Virus record (IMG/VR): IMGVR_UViG_3300012346_000380
Span: 64,001-128,000 of that record
DNA from: a virus
Lineage: Duplodnaviria > Heunggongvirae > Uroviricota > Caudoviricetes
Direction: 5' to 3' (one strand)
Length of the DNA: 64,000 nt
The position numbers and the translations under genes are program-made. Under the pieces are notes generated by a model. It worked only from the letters and a program-made list of their open reading frames with translations, had not been told where the DNA came from and searched no databases. Position 1 is the stretch's first letter; every line of letters begins with the position of its first letter. Shown here one piece after another: positions 1-9,225 of the stretch.

Positions 1-753
1 AATACCAACTCTTTCTGCTCCATCTTTTAATTGAGCTTTTGTTAAAATTAAAACGATAGAAGCTGCATATTCTGGTCCAGTTCCACCACCAACAGTATGC
101 GTTGGCATAAAGTCTTGTGACAAGTAAGTGTGGTTTGTAAATAAGAAAGGAATCTTTAAATCAGCTAAAGGAGTCATGATAATTCTAAAGATTGATTTTA
201 AAACTTTAGAACGAGTCATATCTGCTTTATCAGAGCCTGAGGCTGCATCATCGATCTCTTTTTGTGTAGCTAAGTTACCTGCAGAATCCAGTAATATCAT
301 CACCTTAGGTAATTCTGCGCCGTTTCTTTTAGCTTCTTGCATCTTCTTAGTAATTGTAGTTACAGAAGTTCTAAATTCTTGTACAGTATTAACTGGTTGA
401 TAGTTTACTTTGGAAATATCAATGCCAAACTTTTTCATAAGTTCTTTATCGATAGCTGCTTCTGAGTCATAATAAATGACGCTGTAACCTTTTTCGATAG
501 CTTCTCTTACTGTATTTAACATTAAGAAAGTTTTACCTGTTCCTGATGGTCCAGCCACTGAACATGCTCTGTTGTTTGGCCATCCTTTGAAAAGAGATCC
601 AGAAACACACGCATTTAAGTGATAGTTTCCAGTATCTAAGTATTCTGTAATCTCACTGAAATCTGACATTTCCATTACAGAACCCATTGGGTTTAAATTT
701 GCTAATTCATTGTTCAAATCATCGAACGTGAATGTTTTGTTGCTTTTAGCCAT
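1..753 (-). CDS. uvsX: RecA-like recombinase UvsX (3' end runs off the window)
   Basis: Not in the ORF track; translated by hand from ATG at 753: MAKSNKTFTFDDLN...DTGNYHLNACVSGSLFKG...AGPSGTGKT (Walker A)...YYDSEAA...IILDSAGNL (Walker B)...FTNHTY. Confidence 0.93.
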   Translation of the reverse strand, partial: MAKSNKTFTFDDLNNELANLNPMGSVMEMSDFSEITEYLDTGNYHLNACVSGSLFKGWPNNRACSVAGPSGTGKTFLMLNTVREAIEKGYSVIYYDSEAAIDKELMKKFGIDISKVNYQPVNTVQEFRTSVTTITKKMQEAKRNGAELPKVMILLDSAGNLATQKEIDDAASGSDKADMTRSKVLKSIFRIIMTPLADLKIPFLFTNHTYLSQDFMPTHTVGGGTGPEYAASIVLILTKAQLKDGAERVGI

Positions 754-928
754 TTTGTATTTGTTTTTTTTCTAATTCTCGTAATTGTTCTAGTTCTTCT
801 AGTGCATTATTCAAATCTGTTTCAACTAATGACATTCTAGTTTGTAGGGTTTCAATTCTATGATACAATTCTGTGTATTTTTCAACAAAATCGATCTGCT
901 CTTCAGAGTAGTTTTTTAAAAGATCCAT
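746..928 (-). CDS. Small coiled-coil hypothetical protein (60 aa)
   Basis: Fills the gap between the polymerase C-terminal gene and uvsX, overlapping the uvsX start; heptad-like pattern. Confidence 0.7.
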   Translation of the reverse strand: MDLLKNYSEEQIDFVEKYTELYHRIETLQTRMSLVETDLNNALEELEQLRELEKKQIQNG

Positions 929-929
929 A

Positions 930-2126
930 TTAAAATAATGAAGTTGAATAAATTAAGTTTCTGTTTAATGTCTGAAGACCAATACAGCCTAAAACTCTAT
1001 TCAATGGATCAATTACTGATTTTTCAAATTGAGTTTCATAATCTACAGCTGGTGCAAATTCATAAGGATGATCACCTGGTAAATATGCAAAGATCTCACA
1101 TGTTTTATGTTCACAATGGAATAATCTTAGCTTTTCACCATTACCAATCATTCTGTATTTGTTTTTATACTTAGGATTGTTATTCATTAAGTAATTATAA
1201 AATCCAGCAGCTTTAACATTGGGTGGACATTTTAGTCCGTATTGAAACTCAACATGATCATCTACAATATACTTCTCTAAATTGTTTGTTCTCTTGTTAA
1301 AAGAGATTTCATCTATCGGTGCTAATTTAAATTCTTTCTTAGCCTTTTTAAGAAATGAAACAATAGTTGTTAAAGTTTCTGGGGTTGGCTTCTTTTCAAA
1401 AAGAATTTGTAATGCTTCTGATAGTTTTTTACGAGCAAACATTGGTGTTGAAGATTGAATAGTATCATAACCGATGGTTTTGATCTTCTTTAACATTGCA
1501 TGTCTTTCGTTTACGCCAAGTTTATCGTCCCATGCTAAATTCTGCAAGTATTTTTTTTTAGCCATCCAAATACCTGAGTATGCGATAGATTCCAATTCAA
1601 ATTCTAAAAATGAATCAGTGTTTCTATTTTCAGCGTATTTGTCTAGTGACTTAACGATATAATCTTTGATACGTAAATTGTAAAGTTTAAGAATAAACGT
1701 TACAATGTCTAGTTTTTCACCTAACCACTCGATAGATTCATACATCTCTTGAAATTGGACGTAATTAGAATCCGTATCGATATAAATTACAGCTGGTTTA
1801 ACGCAAGCTCTTTTAACTTTGATATTTAATTCTTCATGAATTTTAGTATCTTTGACAAAGAATTCTTGAAAGTACTTATTAAGTATCTTTTCAGAATATA
1901 AGATTGCATTTTGACCTTGTAAAGTAATAGATTCAGCAATGTCAATATTAAAGAAGTGAAACCACTTATTACCAAAGGCTCCGTAGATCGAGTTAAGTGT
2001 TAACTTAACTGCTTGTTCATAAGCTGTAAACTTAGCAGACTCGTTTGAATAAAAGTCTGCTAAGGATTTAAGCTCAACCAAAGTTAGTTGGTCTTCTGGT
2101 TTATTAAGTAGTTGTTCAATAGTCAT
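930..2126 (-). CDS. gp43B: Family B DNA polymerase, C-terminal subunit (gp43B-like: second finger helix, palm, thumb)
   Basis: Motif B KLTLNSIYG, motif C YIDTDS, KKKY motif, C-terminal clamp-binding-like tail LIYSTSLF. Confidence 0.92.
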   Translation of the reverse strand: MTIEQLLNKPEDQLTLVELKSLADFYSNESAKFTAYEQAVKLTLNSIYGAFGNKWFHFFNIDIAESITLQGQNAILYSEKILNKYFQEFFVKDTKIHEELNIKVKRACVKPAVIYIDTDSNYVQFQEMYESIEWLGEKLDIVTFILKLYNLRIKDYIVKSLDKYAENRNTDSFLEFELESIAYSGIWMAKKKYLQNLAWDDKLGVNERHAMLKKIKTIGYDTIQSSTPMFARKKLSEALQILFEKKPTPETLTTIVSFLKKAKKEFKLAPIDEISFNKRTNNLEKYIVDDHVEFQYGLKCPPNVKAAGFYNYLMNNNPKYKNKYRMIGNGEKLRLFHCEHKTCEIFAYLPGDHPYEFAPAVDYETQFEKSVIDPLNRVLGCIGLQTLNRNLIYSTSLF

Positions 2127-2875
2127 TAATCAGTGCTTTGGCAAGTTGCGATTGTTAAAAGAGTGTTTGAATCTTTAGAGCGTAAAACTACTCTATTGTT
2201 AAAGACATAAGTAGAATAATCTTCTTTGTCAAACAAGTTCAAATACTTTTTGTAAACAGTCACATTAGCCTTAGAAACGCTAGTTGAATTGATTAATTTG
2301 TTGTAAGATTTACCTTTAATACGAACGCCTTCTTTAGAAGTTGAAATTGCAAAAGTCTCGTCTTTATCTAAGTTGAAAAGAGATTTAATCTTAGATGTAT
2401 CAGTGAATGATAAATCAAAGTTAACTTCAGCACCTTCAGTCATGAAGATATTTTGTAATTGAGACTCTGTTAAGTCTTTGTAACCTAAAGATGGTTCTGA
2501 ACAAGCTAAAACGATTTCTAACTCGTCATTAAAGATTTTAAATGTAGAAGCTACACAGTCTTCATCGTTTTCTACGAATTCAATTTCTGCTTGAATAGAA
2601 TCGTATTCAAATTGTTTGAATGCTTCGATAATTTTACCAGCGTCAAAGAAAGCCACTTTAAGGTCTTTGTCTGATGTTAATTGACTCGCATCAATTTGAA
2701 ATACTTCTGAAATTGGAAGCGTGTGGTGTTTTACAGCATCACGTTGTGGCAAATAAGCTGAAGAGATGATTTGTTCGTCTTTAATTTTGAAATAGACAAA
2801 AGAATCAATAACTCTCAAACGATTAATGAATGCTACAAAGTTGTTCTGATCTACTTTGTTAATAACTACTTTCAT
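2126..2875 (-). CDS. DNA polymerase sliding clamp (gp45-like)
   Basis: 249 aa, alternating alpha/beta pattern, coupled to the polymerase subunit by a 1-nt overlap; no diagnostic catalytic motif. Confidence 0.65.
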   Translation of the reverse strand: MKVVINKVDQNNFVAFINRLRVIDSFVYFKIKDEQIISSAYLPQRDAVKHHTLPISEVFQIDASQLTSDKDLKVAFFDAGKIIEAFKQFEYDSIQAEIEFVENDEDCVASTFKIFNDELEIVLACSEPSLGYKDLTESQLQNIFMTEGAEVNFDLSFTDTSKIKSLFNLDKDETFAISTSKEGVRIKGKSYNKLINSTSVSKANVTVYKKYLNLFDKEDYSTYVFNNRVVLRSKDSNTLLTIATCQSTD

Positions 2876-2906
2876 GTTTTTTGTGTTTAAATTAAATTAT
2901 TTAAGC

Positions 2907-2935
2907 ATTATAATTGAATTAGTCATTTTGTTTCA
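2907..2935 (-). promoter_or_regulatory. Putative early/middle promoter TGAAAC-N17-TATAAT
   Basis: Same motif and spacing recur at 8084-8112, 15201-15229, 30114-30142 and 30350-30378, all upstream of replication-type genes. Confidence 0.7.
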
Positions 2936-2963
2936 TAAAAAAACCTGTCATTACTGACAGGTT
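2936..2963 (-). terminator. Intrinsic terminator
   Basis: AACCTGTCA-GTAA-TGACAGGTT perfect 9-bp stem followed by a U-run on the minus strand. Confidence 0.8.
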
Positions 2964-3024
2964 GAAACTCTTATGAGTAGGTCCTCCGATTCTATCCTGA
3001 GGAGTGGTTCTTTATTTATCAATT

Positions 3025-3312
3025 TTAGTTATCGATTTTAGCCGCATTCATATAAACGTCATCATTCAAATATCGATTAAGTACGTCGATGACATTTTTA
3101 ATACTATTAGCTCTATCCTGTGGTTCATTACTTTCTAGTGCTGATATTAAAATAGCATTTGCTGGACTATTATCTCTAGGTGTAATGCCGTACGTTAACG
3201 CTTTTTTAATTCTCATCGCATCCCTATCGCTATATAAATTTTTGATCGACTGTGGCATTCCATTTGTGTTTGCTTCGTTTGCAAATTGTTCGAATAATTC
3301 AATGTGTTTCAT
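3025..3312 (-). CDS. Putative internal head protein with capsid-targeting-like N-terminus
   Basis: N-terminus MKHIELFEQFANE resembles the T4 internal-protein targeting sequence MKTYQEFIAE. Confidence 0.6.
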   Translation of the reverse strand: MKHIELFEQFANEANTNGMPQSIKNLYSDRDAMRIKKALTYGITPRDNSPANAILISALESNEPQDRANSIKNVIDVLNRYLNDDVYMNAAKIDN

Positions 3313-3405
3313 AATTTTGTTGTTTTTTGATATACAAATATAATTAATTTATTTGAAATAAAAAATATATTTGAAATTATTTTATTATATATCTCCTTAA
3401 AACAT

Positions 3406-3443
3406 AAAAAGGGCAGGAATAGTAGCGAACTTGTTTCCTGCCC
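3406..3443 (-). terminator. Intrinsic terminator downstream of nrdA
   Basis: GGGCAGGAA...TTCCTGCCC 9-bp stem plus U-run. Confidence 0.75.
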
Positions 3444-3499
3444 AACCCGTTAACTAAAACGGTCCTAAAATGTGGCTGTATTTCAAGCCACCGGATCTT

Positions 3500-5125
3500 T
3501 TATGCCTCGCAGCTTGCACATTCAAGAATATCTCTTGCGAATGATTGTGCTGAACTTTGGCTAAATTGATAATATAAAGTTTTAACGCCTTCTTCGTGTG
3601 CTGCTAAATACAATTGATTAATATCTTTAGCTGGTACACTTGGATGAATCATTAAATTTAAAGATTGTGATTGATCAATGAACTGTTGTCTTTGAGCAGC
3701 TTGTGTGATCAACTCTCTTGGTGTAATTTCAATAAATGATTTAAAAACTGCTTTAGTTGGAAAATCTAAGTGCTGAACTGAACCATCTTTCTTTAAGATT
3801 CCTTCCCAAACGTCTGTTGTATTTAAGCCATACTTTTCTAATTCTTGAATTAAGAAAGGATTCTTATAGATTGTTTTAGATTTAGCTAAATCTTTTACAA
3901 AATAATTAGATTTAATTGGCTCAATTCCCATTGAAACTTGACCATGAATAAATGAACTTGATTTTGTTGGAGCAATTGCAACTAAAGTTGTATTTGCAAA
4001 TCCCTCTCTTAAAGATGTATAACCTCTTTCGTCATGTAAAAATTTAGAAGCTGATTCAGTTTTTTCTTTAAGTGTTTTAAAGATCTGATAATTTAATTGC
4101 TTTGCTTCTAATGATTCAAATTCAATTAATTTAGATTGGAATAAAGAGTGATAACCTAATACACCTACACCCAATGCTCTGTGTTGAGATGCAAATCTAT
4201 GTGCTCTTGACATACCTGGCATATTGTAAGATTTCTTAACAAACTCATCCATCACTGCGTTTAAGAACAACGTGTAGATTTCAATAGCATCTGTGTCTTT
4301 TAATTCATCCCAATGTAATAGGTTAATAGAACCTAAACAACATACGAAAGAATTAAAAGAGTCTGTTGGCAATTGAATTTCAGAACATAAGTTTGAAGCT
4401 GTGATTTCAAGACCTAATGCTTTGTATGGTGAATTGTTGTTGGAATTATCTTTAAACATAATGTAAGGAAAACCAAACTCATTACGTCTTTGAATTACTT
4501 TAGCCCAAATTTTACGTTTTTCTGCATCTCCAGCCTTCATTTCTTCAAGCCATTTGTCTGTTACAGTAACTCCGTATTGTAAATTTTGGATAGGATTTCC
4601 TTCTGTTCCCATATCCAAAAATTCTAAAATATCATTGTGTTCTACTGGTAACCAAGCTGCACATGCTCCTCTTCTTGCTTCTGATTGTTTACACACATCA
4701 ACTGTAGTGTCATACATTCTAGCGTAGTGGACTGGTCCGTCTGCTGTTCCACCTGTTGAAATTTTAGCTCCTCTTTCTCTAATGTTTCCTAAGAAAATTG
4801 AAGTTCCACCTCCGTATTTACTCATCATTCCAATTTCTCTAGAACCATTTAAGATACTATCTAAAGTATCATCAACATTTGATCCATAACAGCTAATTGG
4901 AAGTCCTTTATCTTTTCCGAAGTTAATCCAAACTGGTGTTGAAAGGCTATAAAATCCTCTAGACATATAGTCTTCGAATTTGTTAGCAAAACCTTCAATT
5001 TTTAAATACTTTTCTGCTTTGTTAGCAATGTCCTTGATTCTTTGTTCAGGCGTTTCAGTAATGTAGCCTCTTGATAAAAATGTGCGACTGTCTTCATTTA
5101 GCCAGTAGTATTTCTTATAATCCAT
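3500..5125 (-). CDS. nrdA: Class I ribonucleotide reductase alpha subunit (short, no ATP cone)
   Basis: GLPISCYG, ASNLCSEI, CCLGSIN, AIAPTKSSS, VKTLYY, C-terminal CASCEA. Confidence 0.96.
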   Translation of the reverse strand: MDYKKYYWLNEDSRTFLSRGYITETPEQRIKDIANKAEKYLKIEGFANKFEDYMSRGFYSLSTPVWINFGKDKGLPISCYGSNVDDTLDSILNGSREIGMMSKYGGGTSIFLGNIRERGAKISTGGTADGPVHYARMYDTTVDVCKQSEARRGACAAWLPVEHNDILEFLDMGTEGNPIQNLQYGVTVTDKWLEEMKAGDAEKRKIWAKVIQRRNEFGFPYIMFKDNSNNNSPYKALGLEITASNLCSEIQLPTDSFNSFVCCLGSINLLHWDELKDTDAIEIYTLFLNAVMDEFVKKSYNMPGMSRAHRFASQHRALGVGVLGYHSLFQSKLIEFESLEAKQLNYQIFKTLKEKTESASKFLHDERGYTSLREGFANTTLVAIAPTKSSSFIHGQVSMGIEPIKSNYFVKDLAKSKTIYKNPFLIQELEKYGLNTTDVWEGILKKDGSVQHLDFPTKAVFKSFIEITPRELITQAAQRQQFIDQSQSLNLMIHPSVPAKDINQLYLAAHEEGVKTLYYQFSQSSAQSFARDILECASCEA

Positions 5126-5147
5126 TTAATTTTTTATGTTTTGTTTT

Positions 5148-6125
5148 TTAGAATAAATCGTCTTCTGTAATAGACTTGCTTTTTTTGTTATAATCGATTT
5201 GTTTTTTGTAAAAGAAATCACCTTCTTTGGTTGAAAGAATTTCTACATCGAACCATAACGTCTTTTCAATTTCTTGAAAATCTACATCAAACACAGGTTT
5301 CATACCAATTCTTTGTAATGAATTGTTAAATCTGTTTTGAATAAACTGTTGAATTGTGTTTTTTGACAAGAAGCTTAATTCGCCTTTTTCAAAGATCCAG
5401 TCTAAAATTTTGCATTCGGCAATATAAGCTTTCTTACATGCGGAATCAATTAATTGTTCAAACTCTTCGTCGAACCATTCTGGATTTTCTTCTTTGATAA
5501 TGTTAATAAGTTCTGAGCCAAAATTACCATGAATTTCTTCTTCTTTTGAAGTAGCCTCAACTACATTCGAGATACCTTTAAATAAGTTTTTCTCTTTGTT
5601 AAAGCTCATCATGATTAAAAATTGACTAAATAGACTCACGTGTTCGATGAATAAAGAAAATAATAACACTGATTTTGTGTACATCTTATTGTCTTTGCTT
5701 CTTGTGCCGTCTAAATATTTTGATAGATATGCGATTCTATCTTTAATAGCTGGAATTTCTACAACGCTTTGGAATTCTTCTTCAAGACCTAAAACTCGTA
5801 GTAATTGAGCGTATGCATCTTTGTGTCTTACTTCAGATTCGGCAAATGTCATACCAACATCTCCGATTTCTGTGATTGGCATTCTCTTATAAAGATCTGC
5901 CCAAAATGTTTTAACATTTACCTCGATTTGAGCAATAGCCAACATCGATCTTTTAATAACTTCTCTTTCTTGATCTGTGATTTTAGTTTTAAAATCATCA
6001 ATATCTGTTGTGAAATTGAATTCTGTATGGATCCAATATGAGTGTCTAATTGCATCTTTATATGCTAGTAATGAAGGGTATTCGTATGGTAAAATATTTA
6101 CTCTTTTTTGAAAAATATTGCTCAT
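5148..6125 (-). CDS. nrdB: Class I ribonucleotide reductase beta subunit (class Id-like)
   Basis: AIAQIEVNVKTFW, ESEVRH, FIEHVSLFSQF, KEEEIHG, C-terminal KSITEDDLF. Confidence 0.95.
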   Translation of the reverse strand: MSNIFQKRVNILPYEYPSLLAYKDAIRHSYWIHTEFNFTTDIDDFKTKITDQEREVIKRSMLAIAQIEVNVKTFWADLYKRMPITEIGDVGMTFAESEVRHKDAYAQLLRVLGLEEEFQSVVEIPAIKDRIAYLSKYLDGTRSKDNKMYTKSVLLFSLFIEHVSLFSQFLIMMSFNKEKNLFKGISNVVEATSKEEEIHGNFGSELINIIKEENPEWFDEEFEQLIDSACKKAYIAECKILDWIFEKGELSFLSKNTIQQFIQNRFNNSLQRIGMKPVFDVDFQEIEKTLWFDVEILSTKEGDFFYKKQIDYNKKSKSITEDDLF

Positions 6126-6180
6126 GATTTGTAAATTTTTTATTTGTTAGTTATATATTATTGTCAAAATACTCATGAAC

Positions 6181-7599
6181 TTATTGAGCTGCTTTTTCAA
6201 GAGCCTTTATTTTCTTTTTAAGCTCTTCTGCTTTATGAAAATATTCATAGGACATACCCTTGTATTCCTTTCTCTGTGAATAAAGATCTGATAATATTTT
6301 TTTAAGAATAGAATCTTCATTTTTATAAACTACACCGTTTTCACAAACAATAACATTTTTATCTTTACGTCTTTCTTCTATTTTAGAAGTCTGTACCTTT
6401 TCAATGAAAGCATCTGGAGAAACATTAAACTGTCTCATAATAGATGGGTATAGCGATGCGTAGTCAAATGCACTTACTCCTTCATAAAAACCAACAATGG
6501 GTTCTTTAACAAATGCTCCAGCAAATTGACCGTCTTTTTTATTATCTTCTCTAGCTTCAGTTCCAATACGTTTACCTTCAGATGCAATTTTTCTTGCAAT
6601 CAAGGCTTCAGTTACTGCTACCGGCGAAGCTGCTTTATATAATGGCATTTTTGTAATAGATGCAAGAGTAATAAGTACATCCATTGATTTTAATTTTTTA
6701 TCAATGTAATAAACTAAGATGGAGTCAATTACGTTATAATAGATGTACTTAGTAAAGTTATCTCTGTATAAATCTTGTAATGATCCTGTGAATTTAATCT
6801 TATTAGTACCTAACACTTGGCTAGAAACGTAATCCAAAGAGTTTGACTCTTTTACTTTAACAGATCTATCATATTTGTCATATAATTGCATGTAATCTAG
6901 AATTCCCATGTGTAATGGTCTACTGTCTTCTGGATCTAATGAACCTGTTCTGGACGAACCAACTATATCGATCTGTAGATGTTTACAACGATTTACAATG
7001 TACTGCCAGTCATAGTTAATGAAGTTCCAACCAGTCATCATAGGAAACTTCGGCATAAATTTATAAACGAAAGTATAAACCATGTCATACTCTGTTTTAA
7101 ATTTAATATATTGAAAGGTCCACTCATCACCAAATTTTTTCATGTATTCGTTAGTGTCATCTTCAATCTTTTTAATTTTATCAGACTCTAAGTCTTCTAA
7201 ACCTAATACGATTACCTTTTTGTCTGGCGTAACTATAGAAAAAGCTAAGATTCTTGATTTAGCTTCTTCGGCTTTTGGAAAGCCATCGACAATTTCAGTT
7301 TCAATATCGACGAAATATGTTCTAGGTGAATTATATTCGTAAATAACTTCTTTGTCTTTTTCTGGTAAGCCATCCATAAAATAAACTAATGAAAATTTAT
7401 TAAATTGTCTAGCTTGTGAAAGTTTCACTGAACGTCCATCCCAATTTTTAAAATCTCTACTAGCACCAGCTTCTTTAGGATCACAAACATACCAATTTTT
7501 AAATTGTGTGATTGGATAACGTTTAAAATCTATAGTGCCTTCTTTATTGTAATACGAAACAATAATCTCTTTCTCTCTTTGTTCAATGTCTAATAGCAT
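6181..7599 (-). CDS. gp43A: Family B DNA polymerase, N-terminal subunit (gp43A-like: 3'-5' exonuclease, motif A, first finger helix)
   Basis: ExoI FVDIETE, ExoII GWNFINYDWQY, ExoIII YNVIDS, motif A AFDYASLYPSIM. Confidence 0.93.
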   Translation of the reverse strand: MLLDIEQREKEIIVSYYNKEGTIDFKRYPITQFKNWYVCDPKEAGASRDFKNWDGRSVKLSQARQFNKFSLVYFMDGLPEKDKEVIYEYNSPRTYFVDIETEIVDGFPKAEEAKSRILAFSIVTPDKKVIVLGLEDLESDKIKKIEDDTNEYMKKFGDEWTFQYIKFKTEYDMVYTFVYKFMPKFPMMTGWNFINYDWQYIVNRCKHLQIDIVGSSRTGSLDPEDSRPLHMGILDYMQLYDKYDRSVKVKESNSLDYVSSQVLGTNKIKFTGSLQDLYRDNFTKYIYYNVIDSILVYYIDKKLKSMDVLITLASITKMPLYKAASPVAVTEALIARKIASEGKRIGTEAREDNKKDGQFAGAFVKEPIVGFYEGVSAFDYASLYPSIMRQFNVSPDAFIEKVQTSKIEERRKDKNVIVCENGVVYKNEDSILKKILSDLYSQRKEYKGMSYEYFHKAEELKKKIKALEKAAQ

Positions 7600-7600
7600 A

Positions 7601-8068
7601 TTAATATCCGCGTTGTTGGCGTGCTTTGTTTTCAGCTGCCTTTGTGAAGTAATAGTTATATGCTGTTTTTGCGTCTAAGCCAATAGAAGCTGCGTAATTG
7701 ATAAAGAAGTGCAGAATGTCGATCCATTCCATATACAATTCTTTTTTATCGCCTTCAGAAAGATCTGCAACTTTTAAAGTGTCATACTTGGCGAAATCTT
7801 TTTTCCAGTATTTCCAAACTGCGTTACCGCTACCGTCTTTAATACCACCTAAAGCGTCTGTCATCTCGTGAATTTCATCAATCACAGCGTGTGTATTTAC
7901 ATGCCAAAAATTCATTACTTCACGGATTGTCATATCTTCAAACTTAATTCCATAAGTCTTTTCCTGCATCTCCTTTTGATGCTCCATTATATCTGCTAAA
8001 TGGGTCGTAGATTCATCGTAGAAGTCATTAACTTCTAAATCTTTACATTCGTTGTCTATGTTTGCCAT
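7601..8068 (-). CDS. Dimeric all-alpha dUTPase / gp56-like dCTPase
   Basis: EIHEMTDAL, EWIDILHFF, C-terminal ENKARQQRGY. Confidence 0.8.
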   Translation of the reverse strand: MANIDNECKDLEVNDFYDESTTHLADIMEHQKEMQEKTYGIKFEDMTIREVMNFWHVNTHAVIDEIHEMTDALGGIKDGSGNAVWKYWKKDFAKYDTLKVADLSEGDKKELYMEWIDILHFFINYAASIGLDAKTAYNYYFTKAAENKARQQRGY

Positions 8069-8083
8069 GTTCTTATTTTTCAG

Positions 8084-8112
8084 GTTATATTTAAAAAGGC
8101 TTAATTGTTTCT
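8084..8112 (-). promoter_or_regulatory. Putative early/middle promoter AGAAAC-N17-TATAAC
   Basis: Recurrent motif; precedes the dUTPase and polymerase N-terminal genes. Confidence 0.65.
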
Positions 8113-8118
8113 ATTGAA

Positions 8119-9225
8119 TTATTTAAAAAATGTATTGGTTTTCAAATCTGACAAAGCAGATGCTATAACTTGATGCATATCATAGTACTTGTATTCTGCT
8201 AATCTTCCACCAAAAAATATATTTTTTATATTACTTGCAGATTGTTTATATTTTTTAAAAATAGATGCGTTGCGTTCGTCATTGACTGGATAATAAGGTT
8301 CAACGCCTCTTTTATAGTCTACTGGATATTCCCAAGAAACTACTGTATCTTTTTGATTTTTAAAATTAAAATGCTTATGCTCTATAATTCTTGTATATGG
8401 AATAGTCGCATCTGTATAATTTACAACAGCGTTACCTTGAAAGTCTTTATTTTCTATGGTCTTTGTTACAAAATTGACTGTCTTATATTCTAAATCACCA
8501 TACTTGTAATTAAAATAGGCATCTATTGGTCCTGTGTAAATTATTTTATCTGCTTTAGAATTCCAATAATCTCTGTCTTTTAGATAATCTTGATTTAATT
8601 CTACGTCTATACCTTCTAACATTTTTTCAAATAGACTAGTGTAGCCATCGATTGGAATGCCCTGATATTTGTCGTTAAAATAATTATTATCCCATGTAAA
8701 ACGTACTGGCAATCTTTTAATTATCGAAGTTGGTAAAAGCTTAGCTGATTTCTTCCACTGTTTTTCAGTGTAACCTTTGATTAGCTTTTCATAAATATCT
8801 GTGCCTACTAAAGAAAGTGCTTGCTCTTCTAAATTTGTAATTGGACCAGTGTATCTTTGTGAATCTATAATCTTTTTGGCTTCCTCTGGTGTTTTAGTTC
8901 CCCATAATTTGTAAAAAGTCCACATTGAAAATGGAAGAGAATATATCTCATCTTTATAATTAGCTATTGGTGAATTTTTAAAATTGTTAAATTCTCCAAA
9001 TTGTTGGATCCATTGCCATATAGCTTTATCATTTGTGTGAAATATATGAGCTCCGTATTGGTGAACGTCGATGTCATTTACTTTTTTAGTATATGCATTT
9101 CCACCGATGTGATTTCTTTTATCAATCACGAGTACTTTCTTGCCTAAACGGCTCAGTTCGTATGCACAAACTGAGCCGTAAAAACCTGCGCCGACTATTA
9201 AATAATCGTAATTCTTATTAAGCAT
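8119..9225 (-). CDS. glf: UDP-galactopyranose mutase
   Basis: FAD-binding IVGAGFYG, HIGGNAY, YGAHIFHT, YTRIIEHKHF, PYYPVND, GRLAEYKYYDMHQVI. Confidence 0.95.
   Translation of the reverse strand: MLNKNYDYLIVGAGFYGSVCAYELSRLGKKVLVIDKRNHIGGNAYTKKVNDIDVHQYGAHIFHTNDKAIWQWIQQFGEFNNFKNSPIANYKDEIYSLPFSMWTFYKLWGTKTPEEAKKIIDSQRYTGPITNLEEQALSLVGTDIYEKLIKGYTEKQWKKSAKLLPTSIIKRLPVRFTWDNNYFNDKYQGIPIDGYTSLFEKMLEGIDVELNQDYLKDRDYWNSKADKIIYTGPIDAYFNYKYGDLEYKTVNFVTKTIENKDFQGNAVVNYTDATIPYTRIIEHKHFNFKNQKDTVVSWEYPVDYKRGVEPYYPVNDERNASIFKKYKQSASNIKNIFFGGRLAEYKYYDMHQVIASALSDLKTNTFFK

Noticed and set aside
2936-3500. tRNA, riboswitch or ribozyme call for the GC-rich intergenic hairpins
   Set aside because: No cloverleaf or T-loop and no recognisable riboswitch or ribozyme core; kept only as unassigned structure.
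2127-6180. Intron or intein explaining the polymerase split
   Set aside because: The gap holds ordinary genes with their own promoters and terminators; no homing endonuclease, intein termini or group I/II features seen.
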